Below, in pieces: positions 34,031-45,258 of a DNA stretch of 64,000 nucleotides (its first letter is position 1; every line of letters starts with the position of its first letter). This stretch comes from Epithemia pelagica (taxonomy: Eukaryota > Protista > Bacillariophyta), in the NCBI GenBank assembly GCA_946965045.2, contig OX337234.1, positions 3,658,001-3,722,000 on the forward strand. Reading direction: 5' to 3'. A program made the translations under genes and the position numbers. The notes beneath the pieces were generated by a model. The model was not told where the DNA came from. It was given only the letters and a program-made list of their open reading frames with translations, and ran no database searches.

Positions 34031-34425
34031 TATGAGAGGTTGTGAGCCTTTCTTTGCAAAGCAACAAACTACTCGTAGACCTGTCAAAAGCAACATTAGT
34101 CTTATTTTCATTCCTACGTATACGCAATCATAGGTACATCTTAGGCATTGGTACTGCGTTGCCGTGGAGCATTTTGGCGCCATCCTTTTTGGCGCCGTCC
34201 TTATTCATACCTCTACGCAATCATAGGTACATTTTGGCCGTTGATACGCATTGCTATCCATTCGTGCCGTGCGTTGCATGGCATACATTACAGCGAAGCG
34301 ACTGTTCGCGGGAAGCAGCTTCCCGTCAAGGGTGGGTCTTGCTTGACGCTATTCTATCAATGAAAGAGCATTGACATGGCAATCAAACTGTTTCTACTAT
34401 CATCTTATCGCTCATAACTTCTAAG

Positions 34426-34986
34426 ATGGCACCGATTGGAAAGGAAGGTTGGATTCCCTGGCGCAAGAGCGCAACTCGAGCTCTCATCGTTTCTGAGTTG
34501 GAAAGCGGTGGCATTCCACTCACGCATGCAATTGGAGTCACGGCCGAAGATGTTTGGAGCAAGTACAAGGATCATGAAACTGTTGTGTCCGAGAAAGTGG
34601 TCAAGGAGCAGTTTCTTCTCCGTCTCAGGGACCACCAGAAACAAGTAGCTATCAAGAAACAATGTTCCTCACGTGAGGAAATCGCCCTCCGTCACGACCT
34701 TGCCATGCATCCTCCTCTCTGTCGCAACGCCTTCGGCCGTCCATTCTGGAACGGCTCTGATGCACAGAATTTTCTGGAACAAGATGTCTTCAACCGAGTT
34801 TATGAACGCATGCATGTTGGCCTGCTCTACCTCAGCCGCCCTGAGTACCAGGAGTTTCCGATGCGTTTGTTCCGTCATCATCTCTACCAAGAGATCAAAC
34901 GCCAGAAGTTTATCTGTTTCCTTGAAATGAAGCGGGCCCAGAAACTAGCCACCAAGCAAGCCAAACATCAGACCCGTAGCTCTTAA
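34426..34986 (+). CDS. Transposon ORF-D, hypothetical protein with two related W-x2-S helical repeats
   Basis: PWRKSATRALIVSELESG...FLLRLRDHQKQ and FWNGSDAQNFLEQDVFN...LFRHHLYQEIKRQK; stops just before the right arm. Confidence 0.65.
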   Translation: MAPIGKEGWIPWRKSATRALIVSELESGGIPLTHAIGVTAEDVWSKYKDHETVVSEKVVKEQFLLRLRDHQKQVAIKKQCSSREEIALRHDLAMHPPLCRNAFGRPFWNGSDAQNFLEQDVFNRVYERMHVGLLYLSRPEYQEFPMRLFRHHLYQEIKRQKFICFLEMKRAQKLATKQAKHQTRSS

Positions 34987-35058
34987 AGTAAATTGGTTGA
35001 TTGTTGTGCCATTCCTCTAGTTTGTCTTCGTAGTCTTTTGTACAGTTGTTCGTAATCT

Positions 35059-35236
35059 TTGTCCAGTTGTCGAGTTGTCGAGTTGTCGAGTTGTCGAGTT
35101 GTTGAGTTGTTGAGTTGTCGAGTTGTCCAGTTGTCCAGTTGTCCAGTTGTCCAGTTGTCCAGTTGTCCAGTTCGTTGTCCAGTTGTCCAGTTGTCCAGTT
35201 CAATTTGTCCAGTTGTCCAGTTGTCCAGTTGTCCAG
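35059..35236 (-). repeat. (CTGGACAA)n array, right arm, inverted; includes CTCGACAA and CTCAACAA variants
   Basis: Direct reading (ttgtccag)n with the same 3/3/long block pattern as the left arm. Confidence 0.95.
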
Positions 35237-37174
35237 TTCGATCGCTGATTGTCAAGTTCAGTTTTGTGTTTCCCGCAGGTCATGTTAATACGAATCGACA
35301 TCCCCCGGCTCCCCAACTTGTTATATATTGTACTATTCTACAGTAGAATTTTTCTCAACGGATCGTATCTTCTGGAGTACTTAGCGATCAAATTTTCAAG
35401 TCCGCACATACGGGATCAAAAGTATCGATCAGACCCTGTCACGCCCATCGCTACAGGACTAACATTTCTCCGTTGAGTTGGTCGTGTACAGAAAATCGCG
35501 ATAAGTATCCATGTCCAGTTATATTGCCCCATTTGTCCCTTCCGGACAACGTCACGAACCGAACTAGACTAGAGAGCTCTAAGCCTGAATAGCTAGAGGA
35601 CAAGAAGTGTCTCCTAGCAATCGAGTCTATGTGTCCCCAACGACATAATTCCGAGTGTTCCTGGCGATAGGGGGTCGTCGATTCGAAGTCCGATGAGGGA
35701 CAGACGGGCAAGGCTACAAGGATTGGACGCATAGCTAGCCCTCCTGGCGTTGCGGCCCCAGATCATGGATCATGCAGATTCTGCAGTATGCAGTATGCAA
35801 TTATCCTATTCTTGATTCTTATCGAGACACATTGAAGAACAGGTCTAAGCGAAAGAGAAAGAGAGCAGAAGATGATCACTACGGATCGCGGAAGTGTTAA
35901 ATCGTAGACTTCTAGAGGAGAATGAGCTTGGAGTGAAATGAATGAGGATGAACTACGCTAGAGGATAGAGGATAGAGGATAGAGGATGGATTCAAGGGAG
36001 AAGAGTAGAATGCGTTGTTGGTCTATCCTTTTGTGATAAAATAGGATCCTTTTCGATTTTCGATATCCACGAAGGACACAATAATCATGGTCTCTACTAG
36101 ACGGTGTAGATGGTGCACATTAACTACTTATTACCGATGTCTGCAAGATAAGGAGTAATATTTACTTCTCCAGTAGGACTAATCAGTAGTCAGTACCCTG
36201 TCCTTTCCTCGTGCCTGTGTTTTAACAAAAAAATTGACTGGGCCAAGCATCTGACTGGTGACTGGTGTGGAAGGTTGCAAACTGGCAACTTGAAACCAAA
36301 CGCAGCTGCGAGTTAGAAAACATGCTAAGAAGCAAGTCGCAATGGCCCGAGCATCGCCTACTATCTACCACATAGAGCCATGTGTCACGGGTAATTGACG
36401 GAGTGTCTGAATGACTGATTTCAGTTTGACTGTCAGCAAAATTGACCGACACCAGGCGGAGGTAGCATCCTCCATAGTTCGACAGGAGTAGATAACAGTA
36501 TCTCCATTGTCTCTTGCTCTCCTTCTGAACTAGGAGTACTCCTGGCGACAAGGCGAAATCAGTACTCCTAGGAGAAGGAAGTCTTATCCTACCTACCTAG
36601 TTCCTTTTCCATTTTCCGTAGGGTGAGGGTCAGCTATTGCCCATATTTCGTCAGCGTCAGGACTTTTGTCAATGACGGACTCTGACAATAACATGTTAAA
36701 TCTCGAACCGCTAGAGAGGCTGCCTGCTGCCTTGGAAAGAAGTAGTACAAACAACAAACATTCGCAATAATCAATAATGATCTAACATCTAACTCTAAAC
36801 GTAGAAGTTAGAAGTATTATTTCTGAGTTCTGAGATACAGTCAGTTATTAGTTGCAAATAGTTGAAAAATAGGAGGTCGAACGTCGTAACTACAGAGTCC
36901 GGAGTATTGAGTATTTGATTCCTTACGGGAAACGGAACCAAAAATAGAACGAAGCAGTGTGGTATACGAGCTCGTAAGCATGATTTCTGATTTCTGAATT
37001 CTGAAATAATGCTACATGCTACATGCTACATGCTAAGGGCTAAGGTCTAAGGTTACCCGATTCCTCAGTCAACCTTCTGTAGGACCGCATCGTACCGCCC
37101 CGGTCAAGAAGGGACCGACGGACGAACGCTGATCGAGTCATCGCACCCAAAGGAGTTCCTGGAAGAAGAGAGTC

Positions 37175-37208
37175 TGTTGGGACAGTCTTCGAGATGACTG
37201 TCCCAACA
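37175..37208. other. Perfect 13-bp hairpin TGTTGGGACAGTC-ttcgagat-GACTGTCCCAACA
   Basis: Direct complementarity, ~150 bp upstream of the DIRS-like gag start. Confidence 0.85.
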
Positions 37209-37361
37209 AAGTTTCAACAATCATAAATTGTTGGAAAGAAGATTTGTGAAGGTCATCGTTGGATCTGATCACCCTTTGGTTCTTTACATTCTTCTTTCGC
37301 TTTGGTTTTCTTCTCCCTGTTCGACCGTGCCATCCACCTCATCCCTGTCATCGTTTTCGTC

Positions 37362-39704
37362 ATGTTTGAGTGGGCAAGTACTCCGGATTCTTCGCCCTCT
37401 GTGGGGTCGTCAGGTGAGTCTGCTGTTTCTGTGACCGGGGGGGGGGGGGGGGGGGGGCCTTCGTTCGGGTTCTCTCTTCGGTGTTGTTCGCATCGAACAA
37501 GATACCTTTGAGGCGTCTTGTCGGGGCCTAATTGGGGCAGGGCAGCGCGTATGCATTCGTACGGATTGCACTGTGGCTGCACACGCCGCCAAGAAGCAGG
37601 AATGGAGTAAGTTAGTCGGAGACGACACCTCGGGCATATTTATTCGCGGTGTGAGTGATTCTTCAAGTTCCGAGGCTTCGGATGTTCTCTTTTGCCAACC
37701 AGTTCTACAAGGTAGCTATATCCGAACCCTGGATTGGAACGAGATGGAGTTGAGCCCGCGCTCTTTGGAGAGTTGGCAAGCTACGTTTTCTTCGATCAAG
37801 CATGCGGCTTCCGAGTCGGGTTCATGGAAAACACCAAGGCAGAAGTAAAGTTCGTGGCCATGACGCCCAATCCTAGGCGCAAGAAACGTGGTCAACAAGT
37901 GTTAGTGGAATCCGTGGCCAGCGATGAGGATGATGAGATGGGCGTCAAGGTTTCTTCTTTTGCTACACCTCAGAAACGACGTGTAGTACCTTGGAAGTCT
38001 GTTCCGGAAGACACTGGAAAGGAACAACCTACACCTAGCGTTAAAGTGTTGCAGGGTGGAGCTTGGACTAATCTAGTTAACAATGTAAACACTCTGTGGA
38101 AGGAACATGAAAAGGAGGGTCAAGAGCGCGATGTCATGGAAGCAACGGTGGAAGTCGAGATCGAGAAGTTGCATGTGAAGTTATCTCTGCTCCATGCTCT
38201 GTTGGGTGAACGATCGGAAGAGTTCGGAACTCAGTCCGCTTTTGAGGTTCTCTCCCAGTGCATGTCGACTGTGCAAGCGTTGCAGGAATTGGTGGCCAAG
38301 CGTTTGCAAACTCCACTAGATGTGGATTTTCTGAACAAGTTGGAGCAACTGGATCGCAAGATCGAACAAGTAGCGGCCTCGGCCAAGTCTCTGGTTCAAG
38401 ATCGGTTGGATGATTTTTTCGCTGAACACAGTGATTTTCGCAAGCAATTTGTGAACCCAACTTTGCAGTTGTTGGCTCGGTCAACGACAAAAAAAAGCGA
38501 CCCAGGAGGCAAGTGGGCAGAAATGCTGGACGACCTCAAATCAAGGATCGAAAAGGTTGAACAAGGCGGCGTAGGACGTGCAACTCAATCTGGTGTGGCA
38601 TCAAACTCAAAGATGCCAGGCGTCTCTTTTGGGTGGCCCATGTCGAATGCCGCCTCAGCTGGTGGCGGTTGGAACTCCCAAGCGGCTGTGAATACTCCAA
38701 CAATGGGTCCAGATGCAAACCAAGTGCAGTGGTTGCAGAGCGAGTATCATCGGATGAAGGAGGAGATCAACGAACTCAAGGCTGGGATGAAGGAGTTACA
38801 AGAACAAGCCGAGACGGATGCAATTGTTGTTGGGTCGATCGTGTTTCCCTCGCGCGGCTTCTGCGTGTCTTGGATGGCGCGACATGCTGTTGAGACAGAT
38901 CCCCATGTATTCGTGGACGCGGTTTCTCTATTGTCGCTTGCAACGTCGGACGTTAGTTTGGATGAGGAACGTGCAGCGAATCTTCGTGCAACAACCGCCA
39001 AGGTTCGGGACAAGACTCCGTATCACACCGCCTATATTGCATCGTTTAGCTTGGAGGTGCCGCCGCTGCTTGGAAAGGGATCCGACCAAACGTTGACAAC
39101 CAATTCAAGGGCCTTGGGCGGAGTTCCGAAATTCGAAGACTTTCACCCGCCGTCGGGACGAGAGGGCATCCATCAACGTATTCTTGACCATGTCAAGGAT
39201 GGACGCAGGACTTTGGAGCAAGCAATCGGAGACTTGTTCGCTTTTGGTACAGAGCCGGCAAGTGTCGCCCACGAATTGCTCTTGCAGATTAAAGCATTCT
39301 GGGATGATCTTTGTCACTGGATTGTACGCTACCACCAACAAGTACAAGCTGAAAGTGAAGCAAGTGGTCAAGAGGTGTGGATTCTCATTTCCCACTGCGT
39401 TCGAGCGATTTTTCGAAGTCTTCGAGAGGCAAGAGCGCCAGGACGGGCGACGAATACTCCGGCGGGTATGTTTTGGGGCACGTTGCGTGCTCAGGAGGTC
39501 ATGAAGACATATCGGCAGGCCGATTTCAGCGGGCATCCGAAAATTGCGCTCATTCTTCACGAGCACTTGATTCGTTTTGCTACGCCAAGATCCAAGTTCT
39601 CGGCGTTGAAGACTGGGCTGGAAGAACGGATGGATAAGTTACAACGATCCGTAAATTCAGCGGTGGCGGCTTCGAACAAAAGTGGAGCCAAGAAAAGTGC
39701 GTGA
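37362..39704 (+). pseudogene. DIRS-like gag, split by two frameshifts
   Basis: MFEWAST...TGGGG is out of frame across a G21 run (37437..37457) with CRGLIGAGQRVCIRTDCTVAAH (Cys/His motif, frame of ORF 37573). A second shift at ~37740-37848 leads into the 656-aa ORF 37734..39704. Confidence 0.6.
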
Positions 39705-39983
39705 AAAGGAAATATTGTGAGTTTTCAAAAGAATCGGAAAAGGAAGGCTGCAGCGATGGGAGAGGATATGGCGATGAAGAATGAGGGAACTGAGGAGGCG
39801 GATGCAGACGAGTTGGCGAAGGATAATTGTTATGTAGAAAGAAATACGCTTTGCAACTCGCAGATTGGAGTGGAAGAGCGAAAGGTTACTCGCTTGCAAG
39901 TAGGACGAGGGAAGTGACGTATCGGTCTGGCGAGTGGAGGAACACCTTTCTGGTTTTGGGCAGTCTCGTCACTTGGCGAGATA

Positions 39984-42900
39984 TTGTGGATTGACACGCC
40001 AGAGGATAAAGCGAAGAATGGCGAGACAGGATCGGCTGATTGGAGTAAGATGGCGATAGCACGAGAAGGGAAACTTTCACGAAACCGGGGAAGTAAGAAG
40101 ACTAGAGTTGCGTTCAGTACCCCACAATCTTGGGAAGAGCGTTTGGATGTGGACATGGTCTTTTTCGATGGAGGTTTGTCACCAGGCCCCAGTCACCCGG
40201 TTTGGAAGATGAAGTCGGTGAGAGTGGTTTGTTGGATAGGAGGAAGGAAGGGAGCAGGACCGTATGATAAGAACAGTTGGCGCTCGACAGTGATGCGACT
40301 GCCTCATGATGAATGAGGCGGTGTTACCACTCAAGTGTCAATGATCCATGTGGCAGAGCGATCCGACGGATCCTCTAGTCAATGGTTCGTTGATTGTTGG
40401 AGAAATTACGTCGAGGGTGGCCTGAGGAAAACCACAATGAGCGGTGTTGTGGATTGTACGGTTCATGGACGACAATGTGAGCCACCTCCGCGATACGAAC
40501 CAGGAGTACATGGGAGAACGGTGATGGATCGGAAATTGAATTGGAAGGCGGATTATAAACAGGAACATGTGTTGCCACGTGTATTCTCAAGGACGGATTG
40601 GGTGCAAAGAAAGCTGTCGGCACAAGAATTGGCTGTAGCACTCGACTTCCCTGCAGAACTGCACAAGCGAGCAACAACAGAGGAATTGGATTGTTGGATT
40701 CAGGAAGTGAAGGTTCCATTCAAATGCCGAGTCCAGGTGGCAATGTCACTCAGAGGCTGGATAAGAGAAGAGGAAGGGGGCGGAGAAAGTCTGCCATCGG
40801 AACGAGAAAGAAAGGCGAATGAGAAACCTGAGCACGTTGATTTCTCCAGGAAAGAAGAAGAAGAGTCTGATGAATTGCGAATGACGGAAACCGAAGCCTT
40901 GTTTTCGGTTCCTGATAGCGATGAAGGAGTCGGATCATTGAATGTGGAGGAACGGCGTGAGGACAGAAATCTCAAGGCAACGAAATCAGACGACGCAGTC
41001 ATTCCCACGTACCTTTGGGATGATCGCATCTGTCAAAGTTTAGGAATACAAGGGGTGAAAGAACAAGCTCAATGTGTGAAAGCACTGGAGGTTATTCGAC
41101 GTGGAGCCCTCAGATATTGGAAGCGTCTTGTATGCTCAGATTTCTGGCGTTGGTGGAGCTATCAACGTTTTGACAAAGATGATAGTGAGAGCCAGGATCT
41201 GAGGGATCGTACCATCGAGGCGGGGTTAAGTGCTCTGTCTCATGCCTCACAATCATCGTGGTGGGACTGGGACAAGGGCTCGTCTCCCTTTTTCTGGAGA
41301 ATTCCAGACGCGCAGTGGCTCCGGGAAATGCGTGATGGAGTGGCACCGATGTGGATTGGGGATCCGCCGGCATATAGAAGACGACAGAGGGCGAATCTGG
41401 ATGAGAAGCAGAGAGCGTTTGAGACCACGAAGATAACCAAAGTGAGACGACGAGGATACATAGCACCCACGAATGGCATAAAGTCACTTACGAGTTTCTT
41501 TTCCGTCCCAAAGGGCGAGGACGATATTCGAATGGTTTATGATGGAACCAAAAGTGGACTAAACGCCGCCCTCTTTGCACCCTGGTTTGGACTTGGAAAT
41601 GTCACGTCCATGTTACGTGCCGTGGAATCAAGAACCTGGTCCGCGGACAACGACTTTGGGGAAATGTTCTTGAATTTTTGGCTGCATCCATCGTTGCGAG
41701 CATACACGGGCATTGACATCACGGAGTTGTTCCCGGAGGAACTCAAGAACAAGTTTGGACGCTCGCGACTCTGGGAGGCATGGACGCGTTGCGCAATGGG
41801 GCTGACAACATCTCCATACCAGGCTACCCAAAACGCGCAACGAGTGAAACAACTGATATTCGGAGACAGGTTAGATCTGACGAATATTTTTGGATGGGTA
41901 GATGTTCGGTTAAACTTACCAGGCGACACGGACTACGATCCAAGTTTGCCCTGGATATGCAAACTCCGCGAGAATGGTGACATCGCGGCAGATGTTCATC
42001 CATATGTGGACGACTTGAGAGAGACAGCTCCCTCAGAGGAGGAGGCATGGCTGGCCGCAAGCAAGATGGCAAAGGGAGCGGCATTCTATGGATTGCAGGA
42101 CGCAGCTCGAAAGAGGCGGCCGCCCAGCAAGACACCAGGAGCATGGGCTGGAGCCGTGGTGGGAACAGACGAGAATGGGTTGGTGTTTAAGACTGTATCC
42201 CAAGAACGATGGAATAAGACGCGGGGACACATTGCAACATTGAAGAAATGGGCAGACTCGGATGACAAGATCAACAGAAAAGAATTGGAGCGAGTGAGGG
42301 GATTCCTGGTGTATGTATCGTTAACTTTTGAGACGATGGTGCCATACCTGAAAGGGATACACCACACGTTGGAATCTTGGCGAGACGATCGTGATGATGA
42401 CGGTTGGCGATTGCCCGAGAAGGATCGTCGAAAGCGAAAACATGGCGAGATGTCAAGCTCAAGTGTCCCGCCGAAGGAGGTGAAGCAGTCGCCAAGGTTT
42501 AGGAGCGATGTGGCGGCGTTGATGGAATTGACAAAGGATGATACCCCGCCGAAGATACAGGCTCGGCCATCAACCGGATCGAAAGTGGCGATTGTATTTG
42601 GAGATGCATCTGGCGAGGGTTTTGGATCCTCGTTGTGGCTGTATGGGACCAATACCGTTGAGACGGAGCATGGATTGTGGACTCGAGAGTACGGCTCTCG
42701 CTCATCGAATTATCGCGAATTGTATAATCTTGTGCTTTGGTTGGAAATATTGATCGAAGATGGCACAATTCCCAAAGGTGCAGAAGTTTTCGTCTTCACT
42801 GATAATTCGACGGCTGAGTCGGCCTTCTACAAAGGAACCTCATCATCAAGACTGTTGTTCGAACTCGTTCTCAGGACAAAACGATTGGAGATGTTGGGCA

Positions 42901-43527
42901 AGGTCTTCGTCCGCGTTGTTTGGGTCGCAGGAACGCGGATGATTGAGCAAGGGACGGATGGATTGTCCCGGGGAGATTTGATGACGGGTGTCATGGCCGG
43001 AGGGAACATGCTTATGTACGTCCCTCTCAACAAAACGGCCGAAGAAAGACAAGTAGGTCTGGTGGATTGGTTGAGGAGCATTGTACCATCAATGAATTGG
43101 AAGGAGCTCGAAGCCAAGGATTGGTTCGATAAAGCGTTCGAAGACGACAACTTCATTTGGATGCCCCCTCCAGCCATCGCCGATGTTGCGGTGGACCAAT
43201 TATGTGAGGCGAGGCATATTCGTACCCGGACTGGCCATATGTTCGTCTGCCCTGCCCTAATGACGAATCGATGGCAAAAAACTGGGAAAAGTGGCGGATT
43301 GCGTTTTTACGATTCCGGTTGGGAGTGAATTGTGGTGTAAATTTCAACACGAACCGTTGATTGTTGCTTTCGTTTGTCCTTTTTTGCACAGGCGCCCTTG
43401 GCAAGTCAAACGGGCTAAATCAGTACTGGACAAAGTGGACGGGGAATTGCAGATGTTGTGGACATCCGGTGCTTCTGATGTGCGGGATTGTTTGCGCCAA
43501 CTTTGGCTGTACAAGGGGGACGAGTAA
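39984..43527 (+). pseudogene. DIRS-like reverse transcriptase / RNase H
   Basis: FSVPKGEDDIRMVYDG, DNDFGEMFLNF, AMGLTTSPY, YVDD, FGDASGEGFG, NYRELYNL, FTDNSTAE. In-frame TGA at 40314..40316; frameshift in the A-run near 43275 into ORF 43291..43527. Confidence 0.85.
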
Positions 43528-44578
43528 GAAATGTGATGGAATCTGGCACGCCAAGTGTCACCGACAATTGACGGAGGACCGGTTCCCAGTGTACGAGCCC
43601 GGTGATCTTGACGACGCGTTGTTGGATAATGAGTTGAACAGTGAAATGGTGGACGATGAAGCAAGGTTTCAGGAGGCAAGAATCGGTGATGACTTGATGT
43701 GCACTTTCCAGTGCAACGATTGTAGTTTTTTCAACTTGCAGGGACGATATCCCATCACGACCAAGGAATCGGATAATCTGCTTTTGCTCTGTATCAGGAG
43801 GGCAACATTGGATGCCTTCTGGGCACGAGAGAGAGCGACGGTGGAGAAGAACTGGAGAGAGATGAGGAGTTTGATAGCGACAGGGGAAGCGATGGGACTG
43901 GAACAGCCATTACCACCCAGAGGCCCGTGCCCAACGATTGACGACCATGGACTCAATGTTGCGTGCTTGATGTTAATGAAGACCTTGAACCAGGGACGTA
44001 ATTCTCGACACATTCAATTTGAGTCCGCACGAAAGGTTAGGTCGGTAGTCTCCAATTTCTATCACACACTGCCGGGTGGAACTGGGTTGGCAACAGTCGG
44101 GCAAGGAGAAAGAGGTGGATTGTTTTTTAGTGCCAGTACGACCAACAGTCACTGGTACAAGAGATTCATGACTGGTTGTCATCGAAGAATGGGGGATGTA
44201 TGGATCCCCGACTAAGCAACAAATGTTGATGAGGTCAAGGCTGGACTGGAGATATTGGAGGAAGAATGGCAAGGAGGACCAAAGGGAGCACGCAAGACTG
44301 AGATAGCTTTGACTGGAGCATTGGTGATTGCTGGGTTTGTGGCGGCGTTGCGGGGAGAGGAAATTCCGCAAATAGACGTTGGCCTCATGCGGAAATATTG
44401 GCAAGAGGGTTTGGATTACCCACAAAAGAGGCATGTCCCAGTGGCGCTTGCGGGTCGCTTTAAACAGACGAATGGGACCTTCAGGATTTACATCCACCGA
44501 GAAAGAGGAGTTTTGCCCACCATGTCGATGGTGGAAAGGTATTCTGATGCAAAGGCCTCTGTTGAGACCTTGGTCTGA
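43361..44578 (+). pseudogene. DIRS-like tyrosine recombinase, interrupted and C-terminally incomplete
   Basis: ARIGDDLMCTFQCNDC...IRRATLDAFWARERATV...WYKRFMTGCHRRMGDVWIPD*, then the same frame continues ...AALRGEEIP (first catalytic Arg). HxxR and the catalytic Tyr were not found. Confidence 0.7.
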
Positions 44579-45258
44579 TTTTCTGAACTTATGTAAAAGA
44601 AGAGTGAAGTGAGATTGAGGATACGGATGAAGATTGAAGAGAGGAACGACCACACGGGGAGAAGACACGGCTGTACTACCTAGTGGTGCAAGCCTTGGTC
44701 GCTTATTGTCAGTCAGCCTGACTGTAGAAGTTGAGGGGGTTCTTCTCCGAGTTGGTTGCTTGGGAGTGGCACTCCACAGCAGCTGACTACTGTACTACTG
44801 CGAAGAGATTTCGAGAGTACAGACTCACTTGTGAGTTAATGGAGAAGGGCTCACTTTTCGTACACACGCTCGCCCACAGCAGACGCGTACTGTTCAGAAT
44901 CTGGAGCTCTGGCACCGCGGCGCGATTCCGGATCCCTCCCTAAACGGGATTGATGGGTGGGGGGCCTATACCCCCCCAGTGTTGGTTAAGTACTTAATTT
45001 TAATGTTTATCGATGTGAAAGAGAATCAGGAACGACGAGGAGTGCGATGTGAGGAAAAGTGAGGATCAAGTACCTAGCAATCTTCTCGAATGTGGTTCAA
45101 AATGGCCATAATTTCTCCTGACTGAATGCACTATCTGTAGCTCTAGGTAGTATGTCTTCTAGATCGCTCGAGATACCTTATTAGCGATTAGCGACGCAAC
45201 AAAAACCCTCGGTATCAGTGTCCACTGCTTAGCTGTTTTTTGTCTGTGCCACCTTCAC

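Larger units (their letters stand above)
29974..35661. mobile_element. PIF/Harbinger(ISL2EU)-type DNA transposon with ~600-bp imperfect inverted arms and four ORFs
   Basis: 29974..~30545 is an inverted homolog of ~35059..35661 (shared ggaacactcggaa, ttggggacacatag.ctcgattgctaggagacacttcttgtcctctagct, ctcaacggagaa, agccgggg(g)atgtc, caatcagcgatcgaactggacaa). A DDE_Tnp_4-type transposase lies inside. No TSD recognised. Confidence 0.75.
37362..44578 (+). mobile_element. Decayed DIRS-like tyrosine-recombinase retrotransposon (gag, RT/RNase H, YR); termini not resolved
   Basis: Gene order gag, RT-RH, YR with multiple stops and frameshifts; no integrase or protease seen. Confidence 0.8.

Noticed and set aside
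30320-35310. Shorter element bounded by the inner GAGCCGGGGATGTC motif
   Set aside because: No TAA/TTA TSD at that point and inverted homology continues ~350 bp further out on both sides.
35750-37060. Short simple repeats (GAGGATA, GCTACAT; also GGCTATA at ~2383, TAGG at ~4924, CGTACT(C) at ~50185)
   Set aside because: Low-copy microsatellites with no further structure.
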